A stretch of DNA of 64,000 nt, taken from NCBI GenBank assembly GCA_009103225.1, contig RHPI01002048.1:1141906-1205905 (forward strand), given 5' to 3'. Below the pieces are notes generated by a model, which was not told the origin of the DNA, searched no databases, and saw only the letters and a list, made by a program, of their open reading frames with translations. The stretch comes from Chlorokybus atmophyticus (lineage: Eukaryota; Plantae; Mesostigma and Chlorokybus algae). Numbering within the stretch: the stretch's first letter is position 1; the number at the start of each line of letters is the position of its first letter. This document shows, piece after piece, positions 1-11,990 of the stretch. A program made the position numbers and the translations under genes.

Positions 1-3000
1 GCTGCATTGTCGTTCACTTTAAATTTGAAGTGACCGACCATGACTTGTCTGCGAGAGTCATACCAACAAGGTATTTGTAGTCATGATGTGTATAGTTCAA
101 CTTGAGCTTGCACTGGGCTTGAATAGTGCCTGTGACTTACTTTGTAGCGCGTTGCGCATCTGAGCTTTTTGAGTCTCGGGGTCCATTAAGGTGTCGATAT
201 GCCTAATTGAATCGGTTACAATAGGCGAGATGCGTACGTGTGTATGGATGGCTGAGAAAGAAGGCAGTGTTGCATAGCAGAAACGGTGGTGAGGGACCCA
301 AAGTTGCGCTTGTTGCTGTTAAACAGTGTCCACTTGTACTCCTTCTCAAGGACATGCTTGATCTTGGTGACATGCTCAGACCGGACCTGCGTAGCTTTCT
401 TCAAAGCAACGCTCCACTGGAAGGGGCACTCCTTGGGCGTCCAGTATACCTCATAGAACTTAGCCGCATTCGCCTCGTCGTCATGGTCGAAGGCAACTAC
501 CTGTCACGGGCAGGTAGTTGGTTAGTGTCACGGGGCAGTGAGGTCATGAAGCATTCACAGCACCTGGCACATGACGTTACGAATAGTGTCCTCCTTGGAA
601 TAATCGCGGCTCTCTACATAGTGGCCGTGTATGAATTCAACGACGGCATCTTGCAAATGATGTCCACAGAAGAACAATTTGTTACATACAGTGTCACACA
701 GTGCTTACCTCGTTGCCAGTCTTCCACTTGCTTGGGGAAGGGTTGCTGACGGCCGAGGTTGCTACGTCACGGCCAAATGCATTTGAGTTGGGGGTTCCAA
801 TCGCCCTCTGCAAGCACATCCACGTAAGTCATGCTGCTAGCCATGAAAGATGCAATCCTCACAGTTAAGCAAGAAGCAACGTGCACAGTGTATTCAGAAC
901 GCGTGCAGTGATTCACTGTGCCAGTCATGAAAGAAGCAAGCATAAAAGATTAAAGTTGAACAAGAAGCAACATGCACAGTGCGTCAAGAACGCATGCATT
1001 TTGGTTTGCCCTTGCAACTGCGATGTCAGGTGGAGTTGTTGTGATGGGCTGGGCGTTAGCGCGGGATCTTACTGCAATTGGTTGGCCAAGAGTGGCTGCT
1101 GCTGGTTGGCGACGGTTGCCTGGTTGAACAATGGGGGAAGGTGGACTTGGGGTGCCGACCCCCACGACGAGGTGCACCCACAGATGGACCACGAGGCATC
1201 TCTCTAACTGATAGTCGGGTGCCGCCTGCTTAGTTGATGGTGGCGCTGCCGCATTCAATACTGCCGCCGCCAGTTGGCCCGCCCAAATGTACGAGGCACA
1301 AAAACCAAAATGAGGCGGTTTGAATGTCTAGTGTCCCACATGAGAGTCGCACTTGTAGTGCGTCATTCTCTCCTATGGTTGATGGTACGACTTATGCATT
1401 CGTATCACTTATGCAATCGTACCAACAAGGGTAAACATGGCTTGGGTGTAACATTTATGGCACGACAGAGGCATCTCTCATCCAACCCCAGCCATTGGCG
1501 TACAATGGCTCTCTCGTACCATCCAAGGTACGACAGAGGCATTGCTCGATCAGCCGTAATGGGAGTTAGCGTGCACTCACCCAAACAGCTTTATCGATGG
1601 TCGGATGATGGCACGCAGGGGCATGAGGTCGATAACAGGTCAAATGTCAGGCATAGTAGACCTGGGTTCGACTAGGAGGCGGAGGACCAGGAGTAGGAGG
1701 AGGCGGCAGCGGCGGCGGCGTGGCACATCTTGCGAGAAGTTGTGGTCGTAAGAGTTCAAGCAGCGAAGCCCGCTAATACCGGGCGCCAAGTCGTGGATCA
1801 TGGCAGGCGTCAGCAATGGGGCTGTTCAACATGCATCACCAACATTGAACAAACCAGCAGGCAAGCCATCAAGGATCATCTTCACATAAAGACCTGCTCG
1901 GTGGCTCGTTTTCTGCAACGAATAGTGGAATGCAGAGGTACGCTCAACGGTTACATGCATTTCTTTGCAACAGCAATTTGTTTTTTAACGCAGTCCATGT
2001 GATACATGTAGCGTGGCTGCAGGCCTCCACTATTCACCCATACCCACCCCATTGTCAAGCCAACATTACCGAAGCCAAAGCAGACAGACAGAGCTGGGCG
2101 GCGGTATGTCGCTGTGCATGTGAACTGTATGCACCTCCAATGCATGCCTACCTTTGCATGCTAGGATGTGCGTGAGCGTGCGAAGTCGCGCGCGCATGCC
2201 GAACAAAGTAGGCTGTATTTGAGCACGGGATTGCGTGGCCATTCGTCCGGCATTCAACCAGTAGTGCATCAACCAGCAATAACGCAGTCCATACAATCAT
2301 TTGTGCATCAACCAGCAATGCCGCAAATGACTGTTCGAAGCAACCAATTGATGATGGTGTGACGCAATTGACTATTGCAATTGCAGTGTCGCAAGCGTGC
2401 AGCTAACCCTTATGTGATGGCTTGGAGAGCACCACAGTGCACTAGGTTCTGTTGGAGCCCCTATGCAAGCCTGGATTGAATCCCATTAATTGGTCCTTCA
2501 ATCCCATTTGTTAATTGCGCGGTGGCAATGCGGCAGCAGTTTAACATGCATGTTGGCCTGTTGAATTCCGACACGTCCATTGGTGCAGTGCGCATTCGGT
2601 GCTCATGGCTCATGAGCTCCGTGACGAGTCTGCAATTGAGGGTGGCGAGGAGAGTGCACCCAATACCACCTTGTCAGCCCCCATGGCTTCCCCTGCTCCA
2701 TGCAGCCCACGGGCCATTAGAGTAACTCGCTGTCTTTTATAATTGTGCCTTGGTAACAATGCGTCAGGCACATGCATAAGCTTATATTCGTCCTTTGCAA
2801 CATTGTAAGCCATCTTATCTTGGGTCTTATATACAGCCCGCCTTGCTGCATGCACAAGTGGTCTCACCTGCTCCCCTCGCAGCCAGAGCGCCTCCACCTT
2901 CTGCGGCACCAGTTCTTCATGCACTGCCGTCTCCTCCACGAGCATCACTAGTGATTGCGGAGCAACAATCCTTCTTGCCGCAACCGGTGAGACCACAGCA

Positions 3001-3245
3001 CAACGCAACAACTGATGTGGCTTCTGCATGCACCTTACCCCACCCGCTGTAGATTGAAGCCGGCAGTCTGCTCCAAGCTCAGGTGTTTTATGAGTCACTG
3101 TGACTCTTGCCGTTGACAGTTGGAAACACCATTTGAGTGCTGTATGCGCATGCAGCAGGGGTCACCATCTGCCAGCAAGTCATCAGAGGAGCTGGCCGCA
3201 ACCCGCGTACAGCCATCAGTTATGCTAGGTGGCCAGCTCGCCTGA

Positions 3246-3932
3246 TGGGACCACTTCAATGCGTCAACGGATGGTACCTTCTTTTACCATTGTGTGTTTC
3301 GCGCCAGGCCAGCCATAGCGCAAAGTGTCTTGGATGATTACAAGCGCCCCAGCTCGAGCAGATTTTTAGCCATGCTATACACTTTGGACGACGACGGCAG
3401 AGGGGACACTCTTCGCAAAATTACCGCCCAGGCTCGATGCAGGCGTGACGAGCAGAATTTCAGACTTTTGCAGAGCCACTGGTGCCGCGGGAGAGATGGT
3501 GCAGTATATTTATACGATAAATTGCCTGCGACCATTTTGGCTAATGTCAATTGCAACATTGACATAGCCATGGCTAAGGTGCAACAGGTCGTGCGGAATA
3601 AAAATGTGTACATGGAGCACCTGCAGATGACCATGTTTGCCCACAAGCTGGGCTTGTTGATTGGCTGCGTGACCGTTCAGCGCGAGCATGGGGAGTGGGT
3701 GCCACGGCCCGGCAGCGCAGTTTGGGTTGGAAATAAAGAAGGCCCCGACTCAGTCCTGGTGGTGGGCAACACTGCTTTTTATGAGCCAAAGCACACTTTT
3801 TGCTTCTCAAGTCTGCAAGCACCGAACAATGGTTGTGGTCCTATGCATGAAGTGCCACCGAAGGTAACAGACCTGATTGGAGAGTGGCGGAATGGCGTTG
3901 CAAATCCCCTGCTACCACCGGCTGCTCCTTAA
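3246..3932 (+). pseudogene. OTU-like (papain-fold) protease-domain exon, probably degenerate, possible transposon cargo
   Basis: Frame open from 3246 reads WDHFNASTDGTFFYHCVFR, like the OTU DGxC motif with Cys->Phe (TTC vs TGC). Later MEHLQMTMFAHKLGLLIGCV and VLVVGNTAFYEP resemble the OTU C-terminal motifs. Catalytic residues are not intact. Confidence 0.35.
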
Positions 3933-4579
3933 GGTGCTGCGCCAACGCCTCAGGCCTCACCTTCGTGTGCTAGGCAAGAAGTAGCCGACTGTTCTGCACA
4001 TCCTGCCTCCCCTCAACCATAGCCACATGCTCGCAATAACAATTCAGCACCCTCCCTTCCTGCCGCGGAGACTTACTTGCCACCGCACCTCAACCAATCG
4101 GAGGCATCAAGAAGCAGCGGTAGCTCGCCCTTTCCTTCCTTAAGCTTGCCATATTGATCCCAACCTGTCTTGTTAGTAAAGAGATTGATCGGGGTATCTT
4201 GAAAGCTGCGCTGAAAGACAAAAGCTGCATGCTCGACCTCGTGGGGCAACATGAGGTCGTGGAGGAACGAGAGGCAACCAACAAGTGCAAGGCTGTGGAG
4301 CAAGAAAATGACACCTTACCTCCTCTAAGTGACAGTGCCATGGAGAGCGCCTGCCAGGATGTGCAGGCCGACAACAAACACAAGCAGAAGGTTGGAGTAA
4401 GGGACGCTAACAGGACCAAAAAAGCAAAGGTGAGGCATCGTTACAATGTAGTTTGCAGAAGCACAGCGCCTTAAAGCCACCGGTAGAAACGGGTTTCGGC
4501 AAATCAGATTGGATCCGCAACTTTACAATGGACGAAGCCGGACATTATTTGCGGATTTCGCAGAATTTATAGCGGATCC

Positions 4580-4656
4580 GTATATATGTTGTAGCTGCAG
4601 CTGGAATATTATTGCGGGTCGCAATAATATTCCGGCTGCAGCTACAACATATATAC
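4580..4656. repeat. Long hairpin: 37-bp inverted arms, 3-nt loop
   Basis: gtatatatgttgtagctgcagctggaatattattgcg-ggt-cgcaataatattccggctgcagctacaacatatatac, one mismatch. Confidence 0.95.
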
Positions 4657-5043
4657 CTGTTACAAACGGCAACTCGCCGGTAGCAATCGTAAGTACCAGA
4701 TCCCCAACCACGTTGAGGATTCGGTGTTTATGTAATCAAGGGTTCAGGCCGTGAGCAAAAGACTTGTATAAGTCGCAATTGCAGTTGTGACCAATTCGTT
4801 AACAACGCGTCTTTACTCCCTAACGCAATTGAGGACTCAACGGTACCATTAGAATGCATTCAGGTTGCATGCTAAAGCTGCACACATCATCATTGAAATT
4901 GTGACCGGTTCCATCAACAATACGAGACTTCATACCTGATAAACTCGGAACGCTAGGATTGATCTTTCCCATTATTACAAACCATAATAATTTTATGACC
5001 TCATCATTCCTAAATTGCCGGTTCACCCGGCTGCCTATTCATG

Positions 5044-5084
5044 GCTTGCCCCGCGGCTTGCTAGTAGCAGGCCGCGGGGCAAGC
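5044..5084. repeat. 41-bp near-perfect palindrome
   Basis: gcttgccccgcggcttgcta-g-tagcaggccgcggggcaagc, one mismatch. Confidence 0.9.
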
Positions 5085-6940
5085 AAGTGGAAGACTGCGA
5101 CTTGCATGCATAATCATTGGCAAACCGTGGTAGCACATGAGGTAAACATGTAAAGACCCCAACTCCGCAAACAACCTTGCGCCAGCAAGTGACGCAGGGC
5201 GCATAATGCAAACATCTGTTGGTGATCTCGCGCTGTTATTTGACAGAACGGCAAGTCGAACAAGTCTCCCTCCCCAAGTCACCTTTACAGTGGTACGTTC
5301 CACCTTCACCTTTATCTTTTTGATACAAGTGGTATATATATACCGCGGTATATATATACGTGTATATTAAAATGTATATATATGTATGCATATGAATATA
5401 TGTGTATGTATGTATATACGTATACCGGTAGTGCCGTTGTATGCAGCTGTTGGTGCATGTGCGTGATGCATGCATTGCGGCACGTGAGACAATTGAGGCA
5501 GCCGCTGTAGAGATTATATTTTATACAAACGCGTTTCAGGGTGTCTCGTGTCGTTGTAGTCTAGTCGGTCGATGTTGATGTTGTACTCTGCTTATTACTG
5601 ACCCAACAGGTTCTTCCGAGCAAGGTCAAAACTCGGGGATGGATATAAATTCCCTATGCTGTGCTCTTTTGGTTTTGCGCCGCGAACTGCGGCCATAACA
5701 TTTTTGGTTAAATCACGCATTATGACAAATCCCCTTAATACATGATCTGACCAGAAATTAAAACAGTTATGGCCATTATTAAGTTCAAGTAAACACGGAT
5801 ACCGAACTTGATGCACACCAGCTAGTTGACCTTAATAGCAGCTCGATACCAAACAAAGTTGTGGCTGCAGCAGCAAAAAGTGCAAAAATGGATATGCTGC
5901 TTGCATATGGATCCCTAATTAAGTTATAGCTGGATTTGTGGGCAAGGGCAAACTGTTGGGGGGCCATTTCTACCGGTGAGCCTCACTGGGGCTGACTGTG
6001 TTTTTGGAGTAGGCACATGCGGGTTTACAGCGACATGTGGCTGCTCGGCATTGTTCAGGGAGACAGCCGGCGCGGCATGAGCTGCATAAGCTCAAACCAC
6101 CGACGCGCAGACGCTTTAAAAGTTGACTCGTAGCGCAAAGGAGTTGATCGCCCTATAATGCGTCCAAGACGCGCTGCATCACCGCATGCGGCATGCCTCA
6201 AGGTGGGTGACGAAAGTATGCAATAAGCGGGAGCAAACGTGGAAAGTGCGGTCTAAACAGACCTCCAGGGATTGGCCGGCTGGTTGGAACCCAACCCAAA
6301 CACGACATGGTCATCCGTAGTACATTGTTGCCCCTCGCCGTCCATGATATGATAATGTTTTTGCTGCCGCAGCAACCCGGCAATGTGCAAGAGCTATTCG
6401 CGGAGCAGAATTTTGACCTGCTGCAACAGCTGTACCTGTTGTCGATGTCGACTGATCCGGGTCGAGATGTGTGCCACTATCTGAGCAAATATATTGGGTG
6501 GCATGTAAAACCATTCGAGCTGTACTTGGCATGCTTTAGCTGGCAATGGCTGTATTTTATATGGCACATCTAGCTAATTTTGTGGAAGCTCGACGAAGAT
6601 GACGATGCAGGGGAGTACACAAGTGACGACAATCATGTCGAGGGCCTGGATGAACGCATGCTGGACGAGACCACCAAGACCAATAGGTGGTGTATGGCGG
6701 CAGATGGGCGTCAGGTGATCGAACAGGCAGTGGAGCGTTATGCTGCGCCATTTAGAGGGCAGTCACTGCGCCTGCAACGCAATACCAGAGTTTGGTGGCG
6801 GAGGCAGCTTGCACACCCGCGTGCACCATGCGTCCTTAAATGTCGCATTGAAGAGCCCCCCCCCCCCCCGGGATGGGGAGACGCCCGGTTGCAAGCAAGC
6901 GATGTGCCATGTCTGCATCTGCATATTATAGCAGAAGAAC

Positions 6941-9262
6941 GTGGCAAATAAATCAAAGCAGCTACAAGCGTGTCCCATGTGCAAGCAACCACCCATTTTA
7001 GTCACCACGCCTGCTGCAAGACGCCAATGTGTCGGTGGTGATTTAGCCAGCGCTTTGATGACAATTGTGCATGTACTGTGGTTTGTGTTGAACACCTATG
7101 AACCATGTAGGTACATGTACAGTTGCAGCATGGTGCATAGTGCACCCGAGATCTGCTGTTGTCAGAAGCATTGGCTGTACATGTGTGTGATGACTGCCCG
7201 GCACATGAGGCAATGCATGGCTTGCATTGTACCTTGCTGGTTCAGAGCGTGGTTGGCAGCAACAAACTCGGACAGCGCTCTGAGTTTTATGGAATAATAG
7301 CACAGTATTACCCTACGATCGTAGTAGTATGCGAGCATCCTTGTATTGTAGTACCATCAATGGATGGAGTGCCATTCATGTTAATGTAGTACCATGCATG
7401 ATACTGTAATATTGTCCATAGTTCAGTCGTGCTTCACTTGAAGTGTGACTCATTTAGGGTTCGTAAGCAGGCAACTCCAAAATTAATGCCCATACCCTAA
7501 AGTCTCACTCAGTTTGTGGGCAGCCGTGCCGATTCATATTTTACATGAAGTCGGCGGCAGCAATAAATTGAATCCCCCTCACCCAAGAGACCATGCTTGG
7601 TGTGCCCACGATGCAATGCGTATGTATGTGCCAATGGTCGTAACCAGCAAATGCGAGCACACTTGACCGAATGCCAGCCAGTGCAGACAGTGTGCCACGG
7701 TTTTAGTGCTGCTTACTGGCATTACACCACACATAACGTCGCCGTATTTGGCTGCCACCTCGGCAAAGTGATGTGCAAGGAATCCGAGTTTTTCCATTGC
7801 GTGCAGTGCGTGTGCAATTTGTGCTCGCGCTCATGCTTCAAGTGGCGTGGGGAACCCATGCGCTTCATGAAACGGACAACACCGGGACATGTGGTTAGTG
7901 GACAGGTGGTGGATGCTGCGGAGATAATTCGGCAGAGTGGACAGCGACGTATCACTGCATGTTATGTTGGGCGTATGCTTACTTAATGCATGTTGAAGCT
8001 GTTGTCGCATTCAGAGCAGTCTTTCACGGTGTGGGCGTGGGCAGTTTCACCCCCTGGCCGCTGTAGACGAGGCAGACCATCGACCGTTGAAGAGCGCACT
8101 GCATCGGCTGCGAAACGCAGTTAAGTTGGGATGCGAGCAGCTGATCGGTGTGAGTGTTATGGTGCATTGGCCGCTGGATGGGGAATGGTATGCGGGCGTT
8201 GTGGAATCATTGAGCAAGCGTTAGGTCAGCATCACTTCTTGGCGTGCGAGATTGAGGACGCATCATTTATGCATGGTGCAATGGAAAATGGCTTTGCAGG
8301 GCAGCACCGTATTCGATGACGGTAATCGACCACAAACCATCAACTTCAAAAGGCACAACGTATTTGCGTACACATCAATTGACGGGGCACGCCATGTTCT
8401 TCGCGTCACAGGGGAGAATCAGTCGCAAAGTAGTCCGGACGGCATCATTATTAGTCCCTGGCCAGCACCACGGCCAGCCTTAACCACACACACGCCATTT
8501 AACATTAAGCTTGGACGCACACGCAGATCAAGGGCATTCGACCCTATTCTGCGGCGGTGGCGGTGCTAGTGTCGGTCTATATCACGCAGGCTTTGACGTG
8601 ACCGGGATGGATAGAAGTCCCTCCTCTGAGTACCCGATGCCCTTTATACACCGCGATGTATGCACCCTGAGTGCAGGAGAACTGAGCGAGTACGAGCTCA
8701 TATGGGCCAGTCCACCATGCCAGGCCAATTCAGATGCTATCCCGGCACCTCAACGGGCGGCACATAGCACATTCTGGAGACACCAAGATATGCTTCCGCT
8801 CATCCGACATCCGCTGCTTGCATGTCAGGTCAAGTTTGTGATTGAGAATGTGCCAGGTGCAGCAGACCCAATCTGTCCCTTTGTGGCACGATGTTTGGCC
8901 TATCAACCTTCCGACACCGTCTGTTTGAGACACAGCGAGTTGGTAGGTAACCCACCAGCACGCTGCTCGCACGCCGGTAAGGCAGTTGGACTGCTTTCGC
9001 CGCACCTGTCCGCTAGTGCACAGCAGAAGACAATCGTGACATTAAACGCGCCACATCAAATGTACCCGGTCTATAGCCTTCTAAGCGCCGGGGCGGCATT
9101 GCTGCAAGGCAAACAGGGCTGGGAGTGCCATTGATGACCTCGGCCGTTATCATAGCGAATGCAGTTCCTCCCGCAATGATGGAGTGCATTGGGCGTCTCA
9201 TGCTTGTATTAATGGATATGCTATATGACTACCCTCCTATGTCATGGAGCTACGAGGCTTGA
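6941..9262 (+). pseudogene. Multi-exon, frameshifted gene: PHD-like finger + Tudor-like domain + prokaryote/phage-type C5 cytosine DNA methyltransferase
   Basis: PHD-like pieces: CPMC (6971), VCDDCPAHEAMHGLHC (~7183-7230), W-x-CPRC (~7598-7616). Tudor-like: LIGVSVMVHWPLDGEWYAGVV...HR-FDDG (8140-8323). MTase: RAFD/LFCGGGG (motif I, +1 shift at ~8543), WASPPCQ (IV), IENVPG (VI), LCGTMFGLSTFRHRLFET (8879-8932, other frame), NAVPP..ECIG (X, 9158). The MTase call is stronger than the linkage of all three domains into one gene. Confidence 0.7.
8520..9262 (+). pseudogene. C5 cytosine DNA methyltransferase domain (phage/bacterial short type), at least 3 frameshifts
   Basis: Motifs I, IV (PPCQ), VI (ENV), VIII-like (RHRLFE) and X (NAVPP) occur in the expected order across reading frames. 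Confidence 0.9.
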
Positions 9263-9469
9263 GTGTGGTGCAGTGTATCGAGGCTTGATGCCACACAGCT
9301 TATTGATGGTTGAATGTTGCATTTAACATTTGATTGTAGTGACAGTTGTGCAGTGACAGCTGCCCAGTATTGTACACGTTCACGTGCAAAAGTCTTAACG
9401 TAAAACTAGCAATGCCTAGCTAACTGACATGCTCCAAACTTAGAGTAGTGCGACGGGTACATGTGACAT

Positions 9470-10544
9470 GTGGCAGTGCAGTGAACGTTCACCCAATACT
9501 TGCCCTCTTGTACACGGGCGCTGTCCTTGTCAAACATGGGGAGCAGCTGAACAATGCCTTTTACCCCTCGACGCTTTTTTCATTCCAAAGCGATGCACTT
9601 TGTGTCGCTCGTCACATCCAGCTTCATGGACCAGCGGACCAATACGACCTCCTTTCACACGCGCTCGCCGCTATCACCCCACACCACCATGTGCAGAAAA
9701 AGGAATGCCTGAGCCCACCCACGTCACGTTCACACCGTCCTCATCACCTTTCCCTCAACTGTAGAGAACCTAGGCCGCAAATGAAACATCCCAGATTCGC
9801 GCGCCATGCTGACTCCTGATGTCATGTACACCGCTGCGCCTCCGTTCGCCATGCGAACAGCACGCCAACCGTTGGCCAGCTCTAGTTAATCCATCCTCAA
9901 CTAGCTATCTAGGGTGGCAAGCAGCTTGTTGGCAAATGGAGTCTTTGAGGCGACTTGGCGGCTACGCGCAGAACCGCTATAGTACGGGCTGGACTCCCTC
10001 ATTGTCAGCACATCCATCCGTAGCAACTTGTCTGTGTTCTCCATTACATAACAGTACTGCTGCCACGCCTGCGCCACACCCGAGCGCATCTCGGGATCCA
10101 CGACCATGCCATCCTCTCTCACATATTCCGCACAGCTCCATGCCTGCGGGATGCGCGCCTGGTAGTCCCGGTTGTTGCCACCACGCGCCCACTGTTTGAT
10201 ATTATGGGCGTGCGTCTGCTCCATGCGGTTGGCGCTGAACCAATCTGGGTGTCTACTGCTGACAATTGCCGACCCAAAATGAGTGAGCTGATTCATCTTC
10301 TTTATATTTCAACTTGGATTCTGTGCAGAATATGACGACAGTAGCGGATGCAACACTGCAGATTTTAAGGCAGCCATCTCGTTGTCGGCTATAGTCAGGG
10401 TCTCCCTTGTGTGTTCATGCGCCTTGAGCAACTTTTTGTTCAATTGGGCAAGCGATGCGGCAGCAATGGTGAAGAAATCGTTGCTCTCATAGTTGAGCAG
10501 CAAACCGTCTGCAAGGACCGGCAGCAGCTGCAGCACCGCCACTT
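9470..10544 (-). pseudogene. Plavaka-family transposase, C-terminal half
   Basis: KMNQLTHFGSAIVSSRHPDWFSANRMEQTHAHNIKQWARGGNNRDYQ matches the Plavaka KxHxxxHY...E..H..K..TN motif; terminal GIVQLLPMFD...YWVNVH. Joins in frame to 31568 once the CACTA element and one TSD copy are removed (..MVEK|VAVLQLLP..). Confidence 0.75.
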
Positions 10545-11821
10545 CACAGGGCTTTCTATGCGCGGACCAGTCGTACGCAGCCCGTAGACCACGTCTGGTA
10601 CGTTGTAGCGTACCAGTGCCGCGACTGGTCCGGCATGATCGGACCACCGGTGGTCCGTTCCCGGAGCCCGCCGATATGGTCCAAATGACCGGATCAGGGC
10701 TGGTGGCGTGTCCCGCGGCTTGTAGACCGGTACAGCACTGGTCAGCACGCGGCCTGAGCAGTAGGACCAAGGCTGGTCGCATGCCCTGCGGCCTATGAGC
10801 CAGGGCAGCACTGGTACAGAACGCATGTACTGTACGGACCAATTAGGTCCTCACATGCGGGACCAAGCTGCACTGGTACGGTTGCAAGCGGCCCTCATAG
10901 ACCATGCATGGTTCCGAAACCGAAACAGCACTCAACAACTCAATAGATGTTTTGGATCGTTGATATATTATGATAACCAACGGTGAAGAATGACGTCGGA
11001 AGCATACGACACATCTCACCTGGTCCGTTGCTCCCAAGGTCACGTGCGCCAATGCTAAACGAGTAGCAGGCACTGGGCATGCATGGTCCCCTGTCCATTT
11101 GCTAGGGTTTTGGGCTTGCGCTGCAGTCTCGGCAGCGGCGGCGGCGGTGGCAAAAACCTTTGGAACAGCTGGTTTCGTGGGTACTACGCATGCACCCAGC
11201 ATGCGGACCGAAAAGCAGCTGATATTGCTGAAAGACTCCACCAGTCTATCGGACTCAAGCTACCTGCAGTCAACTTTGCAGCTTTGCGCAAGCGGAAGCA
11301 GCGTTCCAAGTTGGTTGTCAACGCAACGCAAGGTCTCCTAGGTCTCCGTCAGAAGGACTTGGAGTTGAGTCAAAGAGAGCAAGCTCTTGCCCGCAGAGAA
11401 GCTGAGGTGTCCCAACTTTTGGCTGATAGCGGCCTCGCTGGTGACAACGCGTCCCCCATGGAGGTGGATGGGCAGGCAGACCCCTCACTCAGGTAACATC
11501 CTTGCCCCCACTAGCTAGCTTTCAAGCCTCATTGCGACACAGCCAGCACAGATTTCTTGACAGCAGTTGTATTATACGCCTAATATGACTCCCTGCAGGC
11601 CAGCTTCAGCAACTCAGCCTGCTGCTCACCCCCCTGCAACCGCTGGCCAGCCACATCCACTTTGCATTCCCCTCTGTCACCGGCTGCTGAAGCTGGAGGT
11701 GGCTCCTTCGCCGACGAGTCATCTGATCATGTGGAGAGCCAGCAGCAGCAGCAGCAGAATCGTCAAGTTATCTGCAACTGCAGTTCCAGTGGATGCCGCG
11801 GCATGGTAAGCAATGCGGTCT

Positions 11822-11990
11822 ATGAGTTATGCATCTATTGCTCTGACCGAAAGTCTCATAGGCACTGTCCAGTGTCTACGAGTCATGCACTCCATTGCTC
11901 TGACCTAAAGTCTCATAGGCACTGTCCAGTGTTTACGACTTATGCATTCCTTTGCTGAGACCTAAGGATTTATAGGCACTGGACAGTGCC
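11822..11990 (+). repeat. 57-bp tandem array (~3 units) in a transposase intron
   Basis: Unit ctctgacc(g/t)aaagtctcataggcactgtccagtgt(c/t)tacga..atgca..cc(a/t)ttg; reverse complement of the array at 28594-28874. Confidence 0.9.

Larger units (their letters stand above)
4478..5978. mobile_element. Non-autonomous CACTA-like/MITE element, 1501 bp
   Basis: Perfect 12-bp TIR CACCGGTAGAAA (4478-4489) / TTTCTACCGGTG (5967-5978); 3-bp TSD AGC at 4475-4477 and 5979-5981; AT-richer non-coding interior. Confidence 0.85.

Noticed and set aside
717-5097. 18-bp inverted match caagcaagtggaagactg at 717-734 and 5080-5097
   Set aside because: Isolated, no flanking homology or TSD; cannot be assigned as element ends.
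6200-6950. Possible Ulp1/SUMO protease exons
   Set aside because: No convincing HW, DS or QxxxxDCG motifs could be read; left unassigned.
8511-9262. Bacterial or phage contamination as the source of the methylase
   Set aside because: It is contiguous with intron-containing, frameshifted eukaryotic transposon sequence of similar composition and with Tudor/PHD-like coding; long reads would still be the definitive check.
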